Source: Azolla caroliniana (Eukaryota; Plantae; Polypodiophyta). Taken from it: a stretch of 44,533 nucleotides of DNA. Numbering within the stretch: position 1 is the first letter of the stretch; each line of letters begins with the position of its first letter. Below the pieces are notes generated by a model. It was not told the DNA's origin, ran no database searches, and worked only from the letters and a program-made list of their open reading frames with translations. Position numbers and translations under genes: made by a program. The stretch lies in NCBI GenBank assembly GCA_043228905.1, contig JBHGNT010000254.1, positions 1-44,533 on the forward strand, read 5' to 3'. This document shows, piece by piece, positions 13,859 to 24,386 of the stretch.

Positions 13859-15191
13859 TCATTTCAAAACTTCCTTATGCTCATCATATGCCTCATATGA
13901 AGAACACGCTTCTATAGAGCTCAAACCCAGATGATCCAGTTTACATACAAGCTTTGAGGCCTCCTCTTGATCTCCAGATTCTTTGTACATGGCAATCATA
14001 GAAGCCCACAAAGAAGCAGGTGGTGAAAAGATATTGTCAAATAGAGAATGGGCATCAGCTAAACTGCCACATCTTATATACATCTGAACAAGTTCGTTTA
14101 ATATGCAAACATCCAATTCAGAGAAACTTTCAATGATACACGTGTGAAGCAATTTCCCATATTCAAGATCTGCAATATTCCCACATGCATTAAGGGCAAT
14201 AATCCACAACGTCGTGGTTGGTTCAATTCCATATCTCCATCGCATATGCTGGAAGGCTTTGAGAGCCTCCCGGAAACGCCCATTTTGAACATAACCAGAA
14301 AGCATGAGAGTCCATACAACAGTATCCTTAGGAAAAACTCCATGAAAAACTTTCCGAGCCTCTTTAATACTCCCACATTTGATATACATCTCTATTAGTG
14401 CACCCCCAACATATTTGTTCTTCTCTAAGCGTCTCTTCATGGCATGCTCATGGATTCGTTTTCCATCATCAAGAGCTTCAGGACCACTGCATGCTTTGAG
14501 AAGCCGGACATATGTGATCTTGTTTGGTTTCACTCGCCTCTTCAACATAGTGAAAAACAGTTTGATGGCTTCTTTCACATGACCAAGTTGGATATATGCA
14601 TCAATCATGAGTGTCCATGTTACCACATCTCGAGATGTGGCCATAGCATCAAATATTACCCTAGCTTCTCTCAGACATCCACATTTGGTATACATGCTGA
14701 GCAAATTGTTCATGAGAAACACATCTGCCTTCATATCACTAGTACAGAGAAGAGCATGTATTTTCTTGCCTTCATCAAGAGCTTTCATTTTGGCACATTC
14801 TTGTAAAAGAAAGGCATAGTTCTTAGGAATCAGATTCAAGCCTCCTTTGTGAACAAGTTCAAAAAAAGAAACTGCATCTTCAATACGACCTGACTCGCAC
14901 ATCTTTCGCAAATCATCATCCACATCATATGGCATTTTCTTCATCTCTAAAGTTTTTGGCGTAATACTCCTACAAATATGTAGAAATTACATAATCTATC
15001 AAAATCATGAATTGAGAGGGCTATGCCTGAAATATAATATATTTATTGCGTTTTAGAGAAGGCAAGATAAATTTGCAGGGTTTTGCGTAACATAGAATTG
15101 CTGACTGTTCCCTCGGATATAATGCTACGGTTTTGACTTACTAACTATTTCCTTCAATATTGCGATTTTGAATTACTGACTGCTTCTTGTG

Positions 15192-15265
<74 letters not shown>

Positions 15266-15614
15266 GGTTTTGAAAACAAACACTATGGTTTTGTATACCT
15301 TTAGGGTCTCGGATTACAGATAGTTTCTTAAGGTACACTTGAAGGGTTTCAATTATTGATTGATTGAAAATTTAGGTGTTTTAGAGAACAGAGGATCAAT
15401 GGATGTTTCAATAATATTTAAGGTTATGCAGACTAAAGAATACCTTACATTGAAAAAGTAGGGAGACTTGCCTGTTGGTTGCATACTGAGATTTGATACT
15501 CTTAGGGTTTGCTGAAAAGCAGAATGTCAATGGCAGGTTGTATGGTGTTCTGGATGAGAGAGCTCTGAGGTGAAATGAGGGAAAGGCAGAATTGAAGGGT
15601 TTGTTGAAATCCAT
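13859..15614 (-). CDS. Short PLS-class pentatricopeptide repeat protein with N-terminal organelle-targeting-like peptide; exon 1 15614-15472 (GC donor), exon 2 14969-13859
   Basis: Recurrent P-L-S motifs (NNLLSMYTKCGCLREARVIFD, DVVTWTLMIDAY, PNKITYVRLLKAC, ALIEMYIKCGSIKEA). Exon 1 is S/F/R-rich. Exon 2 is certain; the exon 1 join is inferred from splice phase. Confidence 0.88.
15194..15260. repeat. (CA)n microsatellite in the PPR intron
   Basis: More than 30 perfect AC units. Confidence 0.97.
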
Positions 15615-15715
15615 CGAGAGAGAATTAAGGATAACAGAAGGAAGTATAAAGGATGTGGGATTCTGGTGGATTTTATAGGATACATACAATAACTAGAATT
15701 CAGTCTCTATCCATG

Positions 15716-15797
15716 GTCGCTTTGGCCGAGTGGTTAAGGCGTGTGCCTGCTAAGTACATGGGGTTTCCCCGCGAGAGTTCGAATCTCTCAGGCGACG
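15716..15797 (+). tRNA. tRNA-Ser(GCU), copy 1
   Basis: 82-nt GTCGCTTTGGCCGAGTGGTTAAGGCG...GCT anticodon, long variable arm, GTTCGAATC T-loop, downstream T-run terminator. Confidence 0.96.
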
Positions 15798-16857
15798 CGA
15801 CCGGATTAAGAAGATTTTAGCTTTTTTGAAGAGAAAAGGTAAATTTCCACCCACTTTTCCATACTCAGGATTTCCTTCTAAGGTTTACATACAAAATATG
15901 TATAATGTATATAATTAAAAGAAGGTTGTGAGGCTCAATGCTGCGGAAATGACTGATTGGTTAAGCAATGTATCAGTACATATCATATTATTGTGTAACT
16001 CTATATGTAGGAAATTTTCACCAAATCTGAAAGTCTCGAATCCATCCCATGAAAATGACACTGCAAATGTACATTTCTGGTTTAAGCGTTTGTTTCTAGT
16101 ACATTTACTAGGAAATCCGAAAATGTGTACCACGTGAGAGGAATTTCATTCAGATTGATAGCTTTTCTTCACATCGCTCATATTGGCTATCTGTATGGGT
16201 TTTTAAGGAAAGACTGTAGCTACTTTTTTTTTCCATCATGGATGAATAGTTCGAATTGGATCAAAGTTTTTGGGGGTAAAATCTGCTACAAGTTGTGAGG
16301 TAAAGATGATAAAACGTCGTGGTATTATATATCAATACCAGGATATCTTGATCAATAAGAGACCAATGTCTATGCATTCAACAGCAAAAAAATACCCGCT
16401 TGGAAGTTCCGGTCAATCCGCCAAATCTAAACCATCTATGTCAATAAGATTCCCACTGAATCCATGTTTCAGATGGATCTATCAAATTCTCTACCAATCG
16501 TAAATGCATGTTTTCCAGACAAACTTGTCACTCCAAATAAGAGAATTAAACAAAGGCCAATGCTTTTAAAATTTTTAAAAAAAAATACATAACTGACATG
16601 CCATGGATATGTATAAATTGAGTCTTGTCTCTCTCAGTCACACAATTGCCCAAAACAACACAATGTCCAAGAGAAATGGTGTGCTCATTCACACAAAAAA
16701 TCCGGCCACATGTTTCAGCTCGCCGCTCTGTACATAAAAAGCAAATGAAAACATACATCAAACGAAATTCCTACATACTCAGTATATTCCAGCAAGGAAA
16801 TTGAGTAAATCAAAATTTACTTATATAATTCCTGCTAAAGTTAGGCTAACATCCGTG

Positions 16858-16939
16858 GTCGCTTTGGCCGAGTGGTTAAGGCGTGTGCCTGCTAAGTACA
16901 TGGGGTCTCCCCGCGAGAGTTCGAATCTCTCAGGCGACG
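16858..16939 (+). tRNA. tRNA-Ser(GCU), copy 2
   Basis: Identical to copy 1 except one base in the variable loop (ggggtctcccc vs ggggtttcccc). Confidence 0.96.
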
Positions 16940-18389
16940 CGACCGGTTCTAATCCTTTTCGCATTCATTAATGAAGCTCCATTATTGGTAAATTATATTC
17001 ATTATAAATTCTATCCCCACCACCTTTCACTACTTTCTCAAAGTTTATTATTTGTGTTTACATCGTGGAAGCTCTTCTTGTTAATACTTACTTCCCCCAC
17101 TATCCAACAAATGCTTCATTTCAACACTTCTTCTCTCCTTTTCTTTTAAACTGTGTGGGTGCCAATGACATTGTGGTAATAATAAAAAGTATCACCCAAG
17201 AGGGTGTCGTGATATTAAACAAGGACGCATAAACTTACGATCCTGATCAAATTTTCAAAGGTACGTGGTGCGATGATGATCTAACATCCAAGTTTTGAGC
17301 ATGGGCCAATGTGTGGGTAGGAAATACAAGACAAACCACATGATGCAACAATTGAACATTAATGTGATCGACGAAAAATTAGTGCACGGGTAAACTATCT
17401 AGTGTAAGTTTTAAGTTGGACCAAGTGAAAGACTCGAAACTCAAAATCACAAGCTAGGAGCATATATCCAAGAGTCATAATATGAATGAAGCCAAACATA
17501 GTCTTTTGTTGTGTTTTTCTTTGAGTTGGGACAAAAGTAGTTTGACTAACCCACTAACCTTTTTAAGCCTTGGGGTGGTCAGGATTCTAACCATTACTAA
17601 AGGTTGAAAACTCTTAGGAGAGGTAGATAGATGCTTTTGTCCATAAGCTTAGAGTGAATTTCGGTCTCACCTCGCTACCTTTGTAGAAAGGAAGTTTGAG
17701 GAAGGCCCAAGGTAATGAAACAATGTCTACGACTTGAATGTGATTGATATCCCCAAAAGGGGGTGGGTACATATGCATAGACGAATGTATGTGTCTATCT
17801 ATATGTGAGACTTGCATCTTCGGTGTTGCGCCAACGGGGCATTAGTGGAGGGATAGGTAGCCTCTAGTCGCAGACGAGACAAGCATTGGAGTCCAACTCG
17901 TGCCGAGTACATGGAAGGAAGAGGCTATGCGATTGGGTGGGCGGACACGAGAGAGATTTCTGAAGGTCCGAGGTTTTATATACCGTGTGGATGGACGGAC
18001 GGATAGGATGGGCGGGCGGGCGGGCGGGTCAGGGAATGGATTAGAGATGATTGATACATGTGATATGCAGGTGGTGGGAAGTGATATTGATTTGATTTGT
18101 GGGAGGGAGGGAAACATGCAGGGGGGGAAGGGAGACAGAGCATGAGCATGGCCATGGCCATGGCGATGGTGGAGGAGAACCACACCTTTAAATGCATCGC
18201 TAAATATAAATTGGGGATGTGCAGAAAAGCCAAAGGTTTCGGACACAAGCTTTTGCTTTCGCTTTCATGCAAAAAAAAGAAAGAAAAGGAACCCTTTATA
18301 CTTACATACAAACACATACACACACAACAACCAACCAGTCTAGAAAAACAGAGGCTGCCTGTGTTCTCTCTCTTTCTCTCTCTGCTACC

Positions 18390-19520
18390 ATGGTGGCCTC
18401 CCCTTCACCTAGGCAGCATGGATTCTTCCTTTGTAGGAGATTTGAGCTTCTGTTGTTGCTCCTTGCCTTCCATGCAATTCCAAGCTCCATGGCTCAACCC
18501 GGCCACAACAACAACAACCAATTTGGCATCTCCAATGCAAATTTCACAGCCCTGTTGCAAGACTTGAGAAGCAATGGCTTCTTAACCACTGCCACACTCC
18601 TCCCTTTCCTTACCATCTCCCTCCTCACACCCCCCATGACCCTCCTCATCCCTTCGGACGCGGCCCTCGCCAACAACATCTCGTCCATCGCGCCCATCAA
18701 CTACGCGTCCATCGTCCGTTACCACATATTGCGAGGGAACTTCAGCTTCGAGAGGCTGCGAGCCCTCCCCGTGGGCACCTCCATCCCCACCTTCCTCGCC
18801 GCCTCCTCGGGTGTCCAAGTCACCACCAACACGGCTATCCGCTACTCGTTGAATGGCGTGGACCTTGTCAAGCCTGATGTATGTGGCCGTATCGTGGCAG
18901 CTGCCGGGATAGCATGCCATGGCATCGGGGGAATCCTCATACCAGAGTCGAATCCATCTCCCCCACCATCACCATCACCAAGCCCCATGTTTGCACCAGT
19001 GTCAACACCTTCGGAACCAGCCCTCGCCCCATCTCCGGCCCCAAGTACTACTAATCCCATGCCCACGACTCTCCCCCCGAGTACAACTCCCGACTCGAAT
19101 GCACAGCCACCTCTCATTTCCCCATCCCCTTCATTGACATCGGGCTCTATTGCTCCAGCTCCGGGTCCGGATACTTCCTCGCCTTCGGTTGCCGAATCAC
19201 CAACCTTGCAAATAGCAGCCTCGCCAGAGATGGCTCCCACTTCATCAATTTCCGGTGCCCCAGAAGCCCTCCCCTCTTCATCTCCAGCACAACAATTAGC
19301 CGATTCCCCCGAGGCCCCTCCTTCATCGACGGCTCCTCCACCTACTGCTTCATTTACCGCGTCTCCTCCGGCTCCGACTACTGGATCTTCTTCTACTGTG
19401 GGTTCTCCAGAATCATCAATTTCAACACCGAAATTAGCTAGTGCAGCTTGTTGCTCGGGAGGTTTAAATATCTATAGCTACACCACCGTTCTGATTCTCT
19501 CCTTCATGATTGTTATGTAG
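18390..19520 (+). CDS. Fasciclin-like arabinogalactan protein: signal peptide, one FAS1 domain, long Pro/Ser/Ala-rich AGP tail, probable GPI signal; intronless, ~376 aa
   Basis: Hydrophobic N-terminus LLLLLLAFHAIPSSMAQ, FAS1 motifs TLLIPSDAAL, IVRYHIL and IACHGIGGIL, many SP/AP/TP dipeptides, hydrophobic C-terminus. The start ATG was chosen at 18390. Confidence 0.9.
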   Translation: MVASPSPRQHGFFLCRRFELLLLLLAFHAIPSSMAQPGHNNNNQFGISNANFTALLQDLRSNGFLTTATLLPFLTISLLTPPMTLLIPSDAALANNISSIAPINYASIVRYHILRGNFSFERLRALPVGTSIPTFLAASSGVQVTTNTAIRYSLNGVDLVKPDVCGRIVAAAGIACHGIGGILIPESNPSPPPSPSPSPMFAPVSTPSEPALAPSPAPSTTNPMPTTLPPSTTPDSNAQPPLISPSPSLTSGSIAPAPGPDTSSPSVAESPTLQIAASPEMAPTSSISGAPEALPSSSPAQQLADSPEAPPSSTAPPPTASFTASPPAPTTGSSSTVGSPESSISTPKLASAACCSGGLNIYSYTTVLILSFMIVM

Positions 19521-19553
19521 AGTAAATAAACACTTATGTCTACCAGTCTTATG

Positions 19554-19700
19554 TAATGATTGATTCTTAGTTCTTTACGTTAGAGACAATGATCACATAG
19601 TTGCTTCTCCCACAAATATTCTATTTTAATGATTGATTTTTAGTTTTATAAGTTAGAGACAATGATCACATAGTTGCTTCTCCCGCAAATATTTTATTTT
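19554..19700. repeat. ~73-bp tandem duplication in the FLA 3' region
   Basis: taatgattgatt.ttagtt...gttagagacaatgatcacatagttgcttctccc.caaatatt occurs twice. Confidence 0.9.
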
Positions 19701-19792
19701 TAGACTTCCATCTGTTCTTGAACTTATTTGATTGATCAATAAGAGGATTCAGATTCTAGTTTATTTGTAATCTTGACCTTTGGTTATCCATA

Positions 19793-20000
19793 ATGTTGAG
19801 ATTCTACATTTGATCAAGTATCCTATTAATGCTTTGTTATGCCCTTGAATCTTTTGACTCAATTATTTTTCATACATCATCCATCATATGGTATGTTGAG
19901 ATTCTGCATTTGATTTTAAGTATCCTACTAAGACTTTGTTATGCCCTTGAATCTTTTGACTAAACTATTTTTTATACATCATACATCATATGGTATGTTG
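19793..20000. repeat. ~100-bp tandem duplication
   Basis: atgttgagattct.catttgat...ctttgttatgcccttgaatctttttgact...catcatatggtatgttg occurs twice. Confidence 0.9.
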
Positions 20001-20980
20001 CATAGGATGAATACTCTATTTACCCAGTAAATGTGCTACCTATTTCATATTGATTTGTTCGCTCCCATTGGGATGTGAAATCAGCTCATGAAAGTTGTTT
20101 ACGCTCTATACTTCAAAGTTTGGATAGTAAGGTATCTAACGATGAAATGTTCAATACTTTAGTTTTTATAATCTGTTGGAACCAAACACCGATGTCAAAC
20201 AAGCAAACAATTTTAAAGCTCCAAATTCTAAAAGGAAAGTATCATACAGTAGTGTTTGGAAAAAGGAAACATGAAGCAAAGCAAACAATTCACATGAATC
20301 TCATCATTGTTGCTACTGTAGAACGGTAAATTACATAGTTCGGAGAAAGGACATTAGTGTCCATAATCATCAACATGGTAATGAGGTAAAAAGAATCTCG
20401 TATTCCTATTATTTTCTCACAAGTGTACATTTTATTTATCCTTCAAATGTCTAAAATTATGGACAAACCCCAGCCTTTCGGCAGAACTCAGGGAAGATTC
20501 AGGGGGATTATACTCATTTCATCACCACAAGGCACTTAAACTTACAAACAAATTGCAAGTTTTTTGTTGCCCACAACGGGATTTCTAAAAACATGCAGTT
20601 TCCATACAGTTAAAGACACCCTTCCCCTTACGTTGGGTATATCTTATCTACTCAAAAACATGGAACCTTTCTTAACCAATAATGATTTTAGAGAACCTCA
20701 GTGATAGCTGAAACCCTCCCTGTTGTAATTAACCTGTTTGTGTCGGTACTGGTTTTAACACACTTTTTGTATACATCTTCCTTCCATGCATCCATGGATA
20801 TAAAGGTTTAGGTCATGCCTTCACAAAGGAGGATGGATCCCAATACCATCAATCTGAGGCTCAAATGTCTATTGGAGATTCAACTGGCATTTGAGAGCAT
20901 CCTGTTGATCACAACATATCATTGAATGCCTCCTAAAATAACATTGCTTGAAGAAAAACTGAAATTAGGTTACCATACTC

Positions 20981-22953
20981 TCAAAATTGGTTTCCTACTT
21001 TACAATCACTCTCAAGACCCCACTCAACAAAGCGTTCTGTAAATGACATATCACCAACCATGCAATCATAGTAGCATCGATCATAATTAGCTGTCTTCCC
21101 TGGAATACCATTACAATCTTCAATCCCAACTGAAAGCCTATGTGGAACAATATTATTCTTTTTCTGCCTTGTCAAACCTACTGCCTCTGCATCTACATCG
21201 GCATTTATCGACTCCAGAAATCTCTCGAACGAAGAGGAGTCATGGAAGTAATCCAGCATAGACAAACTTCCATTACCATTGCCAATTGAAAGAAGCCTTA
21301 AGAATTCTCCAGATCCCATTACGTCTCTTTCCATAATTAGTTTAACTGCTGCAGCAACATCAGAACTAGTGAGTTTTGACTGCGTCATAATGTCATCAGG
21401 GGTTGATTTGGTCTGAGAAAAAGCCCAATTCATGAAGTATGTAATAAGGGTTGAATTGAAATCTGGCACTCTTTCTAGGAGAGGGCCCCAATCATTGAGC
21501 ACTTGCTTGAGTCCACAATATTCAACATCAGCTATGTTTGAAGTATCCACACGATGCAACCGAATGCCACTATGCTTCAAGTACGACGCTAAGTGAGACG
21601 CGCTCTTGCAAGACAGATTGAAACATACTTTACACTCCTTGAGCTTTTCTACAAACTTGCCGAGCTTATCACGAAGATGGAAAAAAAGGGATCCAAACAT
21701 ATCATATTTTGGGACTCGATATACTGAACCAGTTGATATAACATTCATCATATTCCAACCACTGAGAGGGTTTGCATCAGGACCTATTATCTACCCCTCT
21801 GATGGATGGACGATGAACTTATTAAGAGTCCATTCGCCTGTGTGGTAATAAGAGCCAAAAGGAAGAATCATACCAGATCGACGGAATTCCTCCCACACAA
21901 CTTGATGTGATGGGAGAAGACGGGCCAATTTAGCATAAAATTTGGGACCTTTCTGAATAGTCTCCATCCTTGAACTCAAAATGGATTGCAAAGAGCATTT
22001 ATTCTCACACATGCATACCAAAAACGGCCATATCTCGCCTCCATCTTCAACACTTAAAACAGAACCAGTACTAAAAGACCCAAAATTTAATTGGAATCTC
22101 TCTTCTTTGTTACTATATTTATAAGCCCTGTTCAGAGTAGCTATGGCTAACACATCAACTAAAACACTTTGACAATATGTCATCGATGTTGAATACCACA
22201 ATGCAATGACAACGTCAATGGCATCATAACCACATGTCCGAAGAAGGTTCAATATCAAGAAATTTCGAGCAACAATCATCGGGTTATGGTCATTTATGTA
22301 CATAGTGATATCCCCGGAAAATCCTCGAGGTATCTGACAATTTGTCTCTATAACATTCCGGAGATCGCCGGATGCAGCAAAGCATAAATTAAGATTCTTG
22401 GGAATTGTGGCTAGAGTCTCCATGTGAGCATGTCTTCCCATAATTCCATAGGAAGGTATATTCCCCCATACTGAAGTTGATCTCACAAGAGCTTTCCGGA
22501 ATCTCGCTGATCCTCTTAAATCCATGCTTCTGGGACTTGACTCCTATTTACGATCATATCACAACATTTCTTATGCATATTCAAGTGTTCCTTCTTGCAA
22601 TCTGAACTACAATAGCTTACTAAACCACACGAAGGGCATGGAATCGAGCCTTCATTCACACAAGCAAATCCTGTTGTTGGGTCCCAATTAGCACAAGGAT
22701 TAGTGGTTAGGTTGGATCCATTGATACCAAACCCTAGTTTGCCTTCAGTTCCTTTCACGACTTGTTCCAGGACACGCTGCACAAACTCGGGACTATCCAT
22801 GTTGAGATGGTTGGGCATGTCATCAATGCTCGTTTTATCGTGACGATAGTTTTTTCTCCAGGAGGGATGCCATGAGCATGACACAGGGGATGGGCCTCTG
22901 AGAAAAGATCGAGAAACATTGCCTCGAGTGATGAAGGCGGGCCAAGGAGACAT
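20981..22953 (-). pseudogene. Intronless zf-MYND + DUF4470 family gene, disrupted by one frameshift (~22520) and one in-frame TAG (21793-21791)
   Basis: MYND finger CANW...C...CPSCGLVSYCSSDCKKEHLNMHKKCC. DUF4470 motifs WGNIPS, NLCFAASGDLRNVIET, INDHNPMIVARNFLIL, ALWYS, G*IIGPDANPLSGW, DMFG and RVDTSNIAD..YCGL...WGPLL...TLITYFMNW. ORFs 21791-22525 and 20981-21751 are in the same frame across the TAG. Confidence 0.82.
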
Positions 22954-24386
22954 GCTTAGAACCTGTCACCTCGAGGAAGGGCGATAGAAGGAACAGAGTG
23001 AGTTCCTTTTTTGAAGTGGCCTCAAGTCTTGTTTGTTCTCTCTGTTTTTATTTCTCTACGTGTTTTTAAACATCTATATTGTTAATTTTGTCCATAAGTT
23101 CTAACTTATAACCACGTTACACTTTCATAAATCTACATGCTATTTTACAAAAACAAATGTCATGCAATCTTTCATAAGTAAGATAAAGGTGATCTTTGTA
23201 AGAATCTTTGGAGAAGGATAGAAGAACTCGCGATACTAATTAAGCCAATATATGCTTGTAATATCTCGAACATATGTGAAGGTGATATGCCATGTGTGTG
23301 TATGGTAGCACGAATTTCAAATTTCTCTCTGTTGCACTTTGCACCAATGGGTGTTATATAGGCGTTGATGAATTGGAACAATCCATCGATGAGTTTGTAA
23401 AGCAAGAAGGCCTTGACAAAGTTATCATTGGGAGTTTTTCATTTGATAGTGGTTTTGTTCTAAAAACACTTTCACAATTTGAGTGTGTACACTAGTGATT
23501 TGACCTAAAAAAATGGCATTGGCTAGCAAAATGTCTTATTCACTAGTATTACATCATGGGCTAATAACCATTAATCTACCAAAAACTCATATGCTCTAAT
23601 TGAAAACAAACAAGGGGGTTGAAGGTTATATGAGAGATAAATATTATTGTTGTTGTGCATTGTCGCATTCTACACTTCTTTCTTCTACACTTTGGTTGAT
23701 GTACACATGACCATCATTTTTTAATTGGTAGTCTTAAGACTCGGAGCATTCGTATAACCAAACCCAAAGTAACAAGCAAGAGTTAACACCTTGAGGTCGA
23801 AAGCTTCATCTCATGCAAGTTAACCATTACAAAAAATTACCAAAAGGCCACTCTAATGCCACACAAGTTTAGGAAAGCAATCAATCTCATGCATTTTAAT
23901 TAATCGACTACTGTCGAGCTAATTAGGGCTGACCCTACTATTTATTACGCAAATGAGCTAGTTTGCAACCTTAGTTGCCTCCTAACAATGCACTATATCT
24001 ATTTACAAGCTCACTAGTATATGCTCAAACAACGCATAGACAAAGTGGGTTGACCATTGTCCACGGGTGTGCCAACACGATGACAAGTGGCTCGACGAAT
24101 CTGAGACATGTATCAGTGAATCATCGGACGGGTATAGGTTTCCTTGCGGGCGGACAAAGACAATAGAGTCTGCGTGTTTCTCTGTTTGCCCCTGGGGGGA
24201 CACACAACACACACTTGGAAACTTAAAACTTTAAAGTCGGTGACTACTAACTAGGTTTTCTTTTAAAACTAAATTCTTGATGCAGTGAAGAAGAATTATG
24301 TAAATTTCTTAGGACCATCCATATCTCTTCTCTTCCTCTGTTTCCTTCCATCTTTTCTCCCTTGGGAAGTTTCTCTGTCACCAGCG

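Noticed and set aside
15141-15338. Cys/Val-repeat ORF
   Set aside because: It is the translation of the (CA)n microsatellite.
18219-18389. N-terminal extension of the FLA ORF
   Set aside because: It starts at a non-ATG codon and translates promoter/UTR microsatellites; the signal peptide follows ATG 18390.
21791-21793. Rescue of the TAG by fern-type U-to-C RNA editing
   Set aside because: Such editing is known for organellar transcripts, not nuclear ones. It would give Gln rather than the expected Trp, and the frameshift would remain.
24285-24386. 34-aa N-terminal extension of ALS in the ORF track
   Set aside because: It starts at GTG in CT-rich UTR-like sequence; the first ATG is at 24387.
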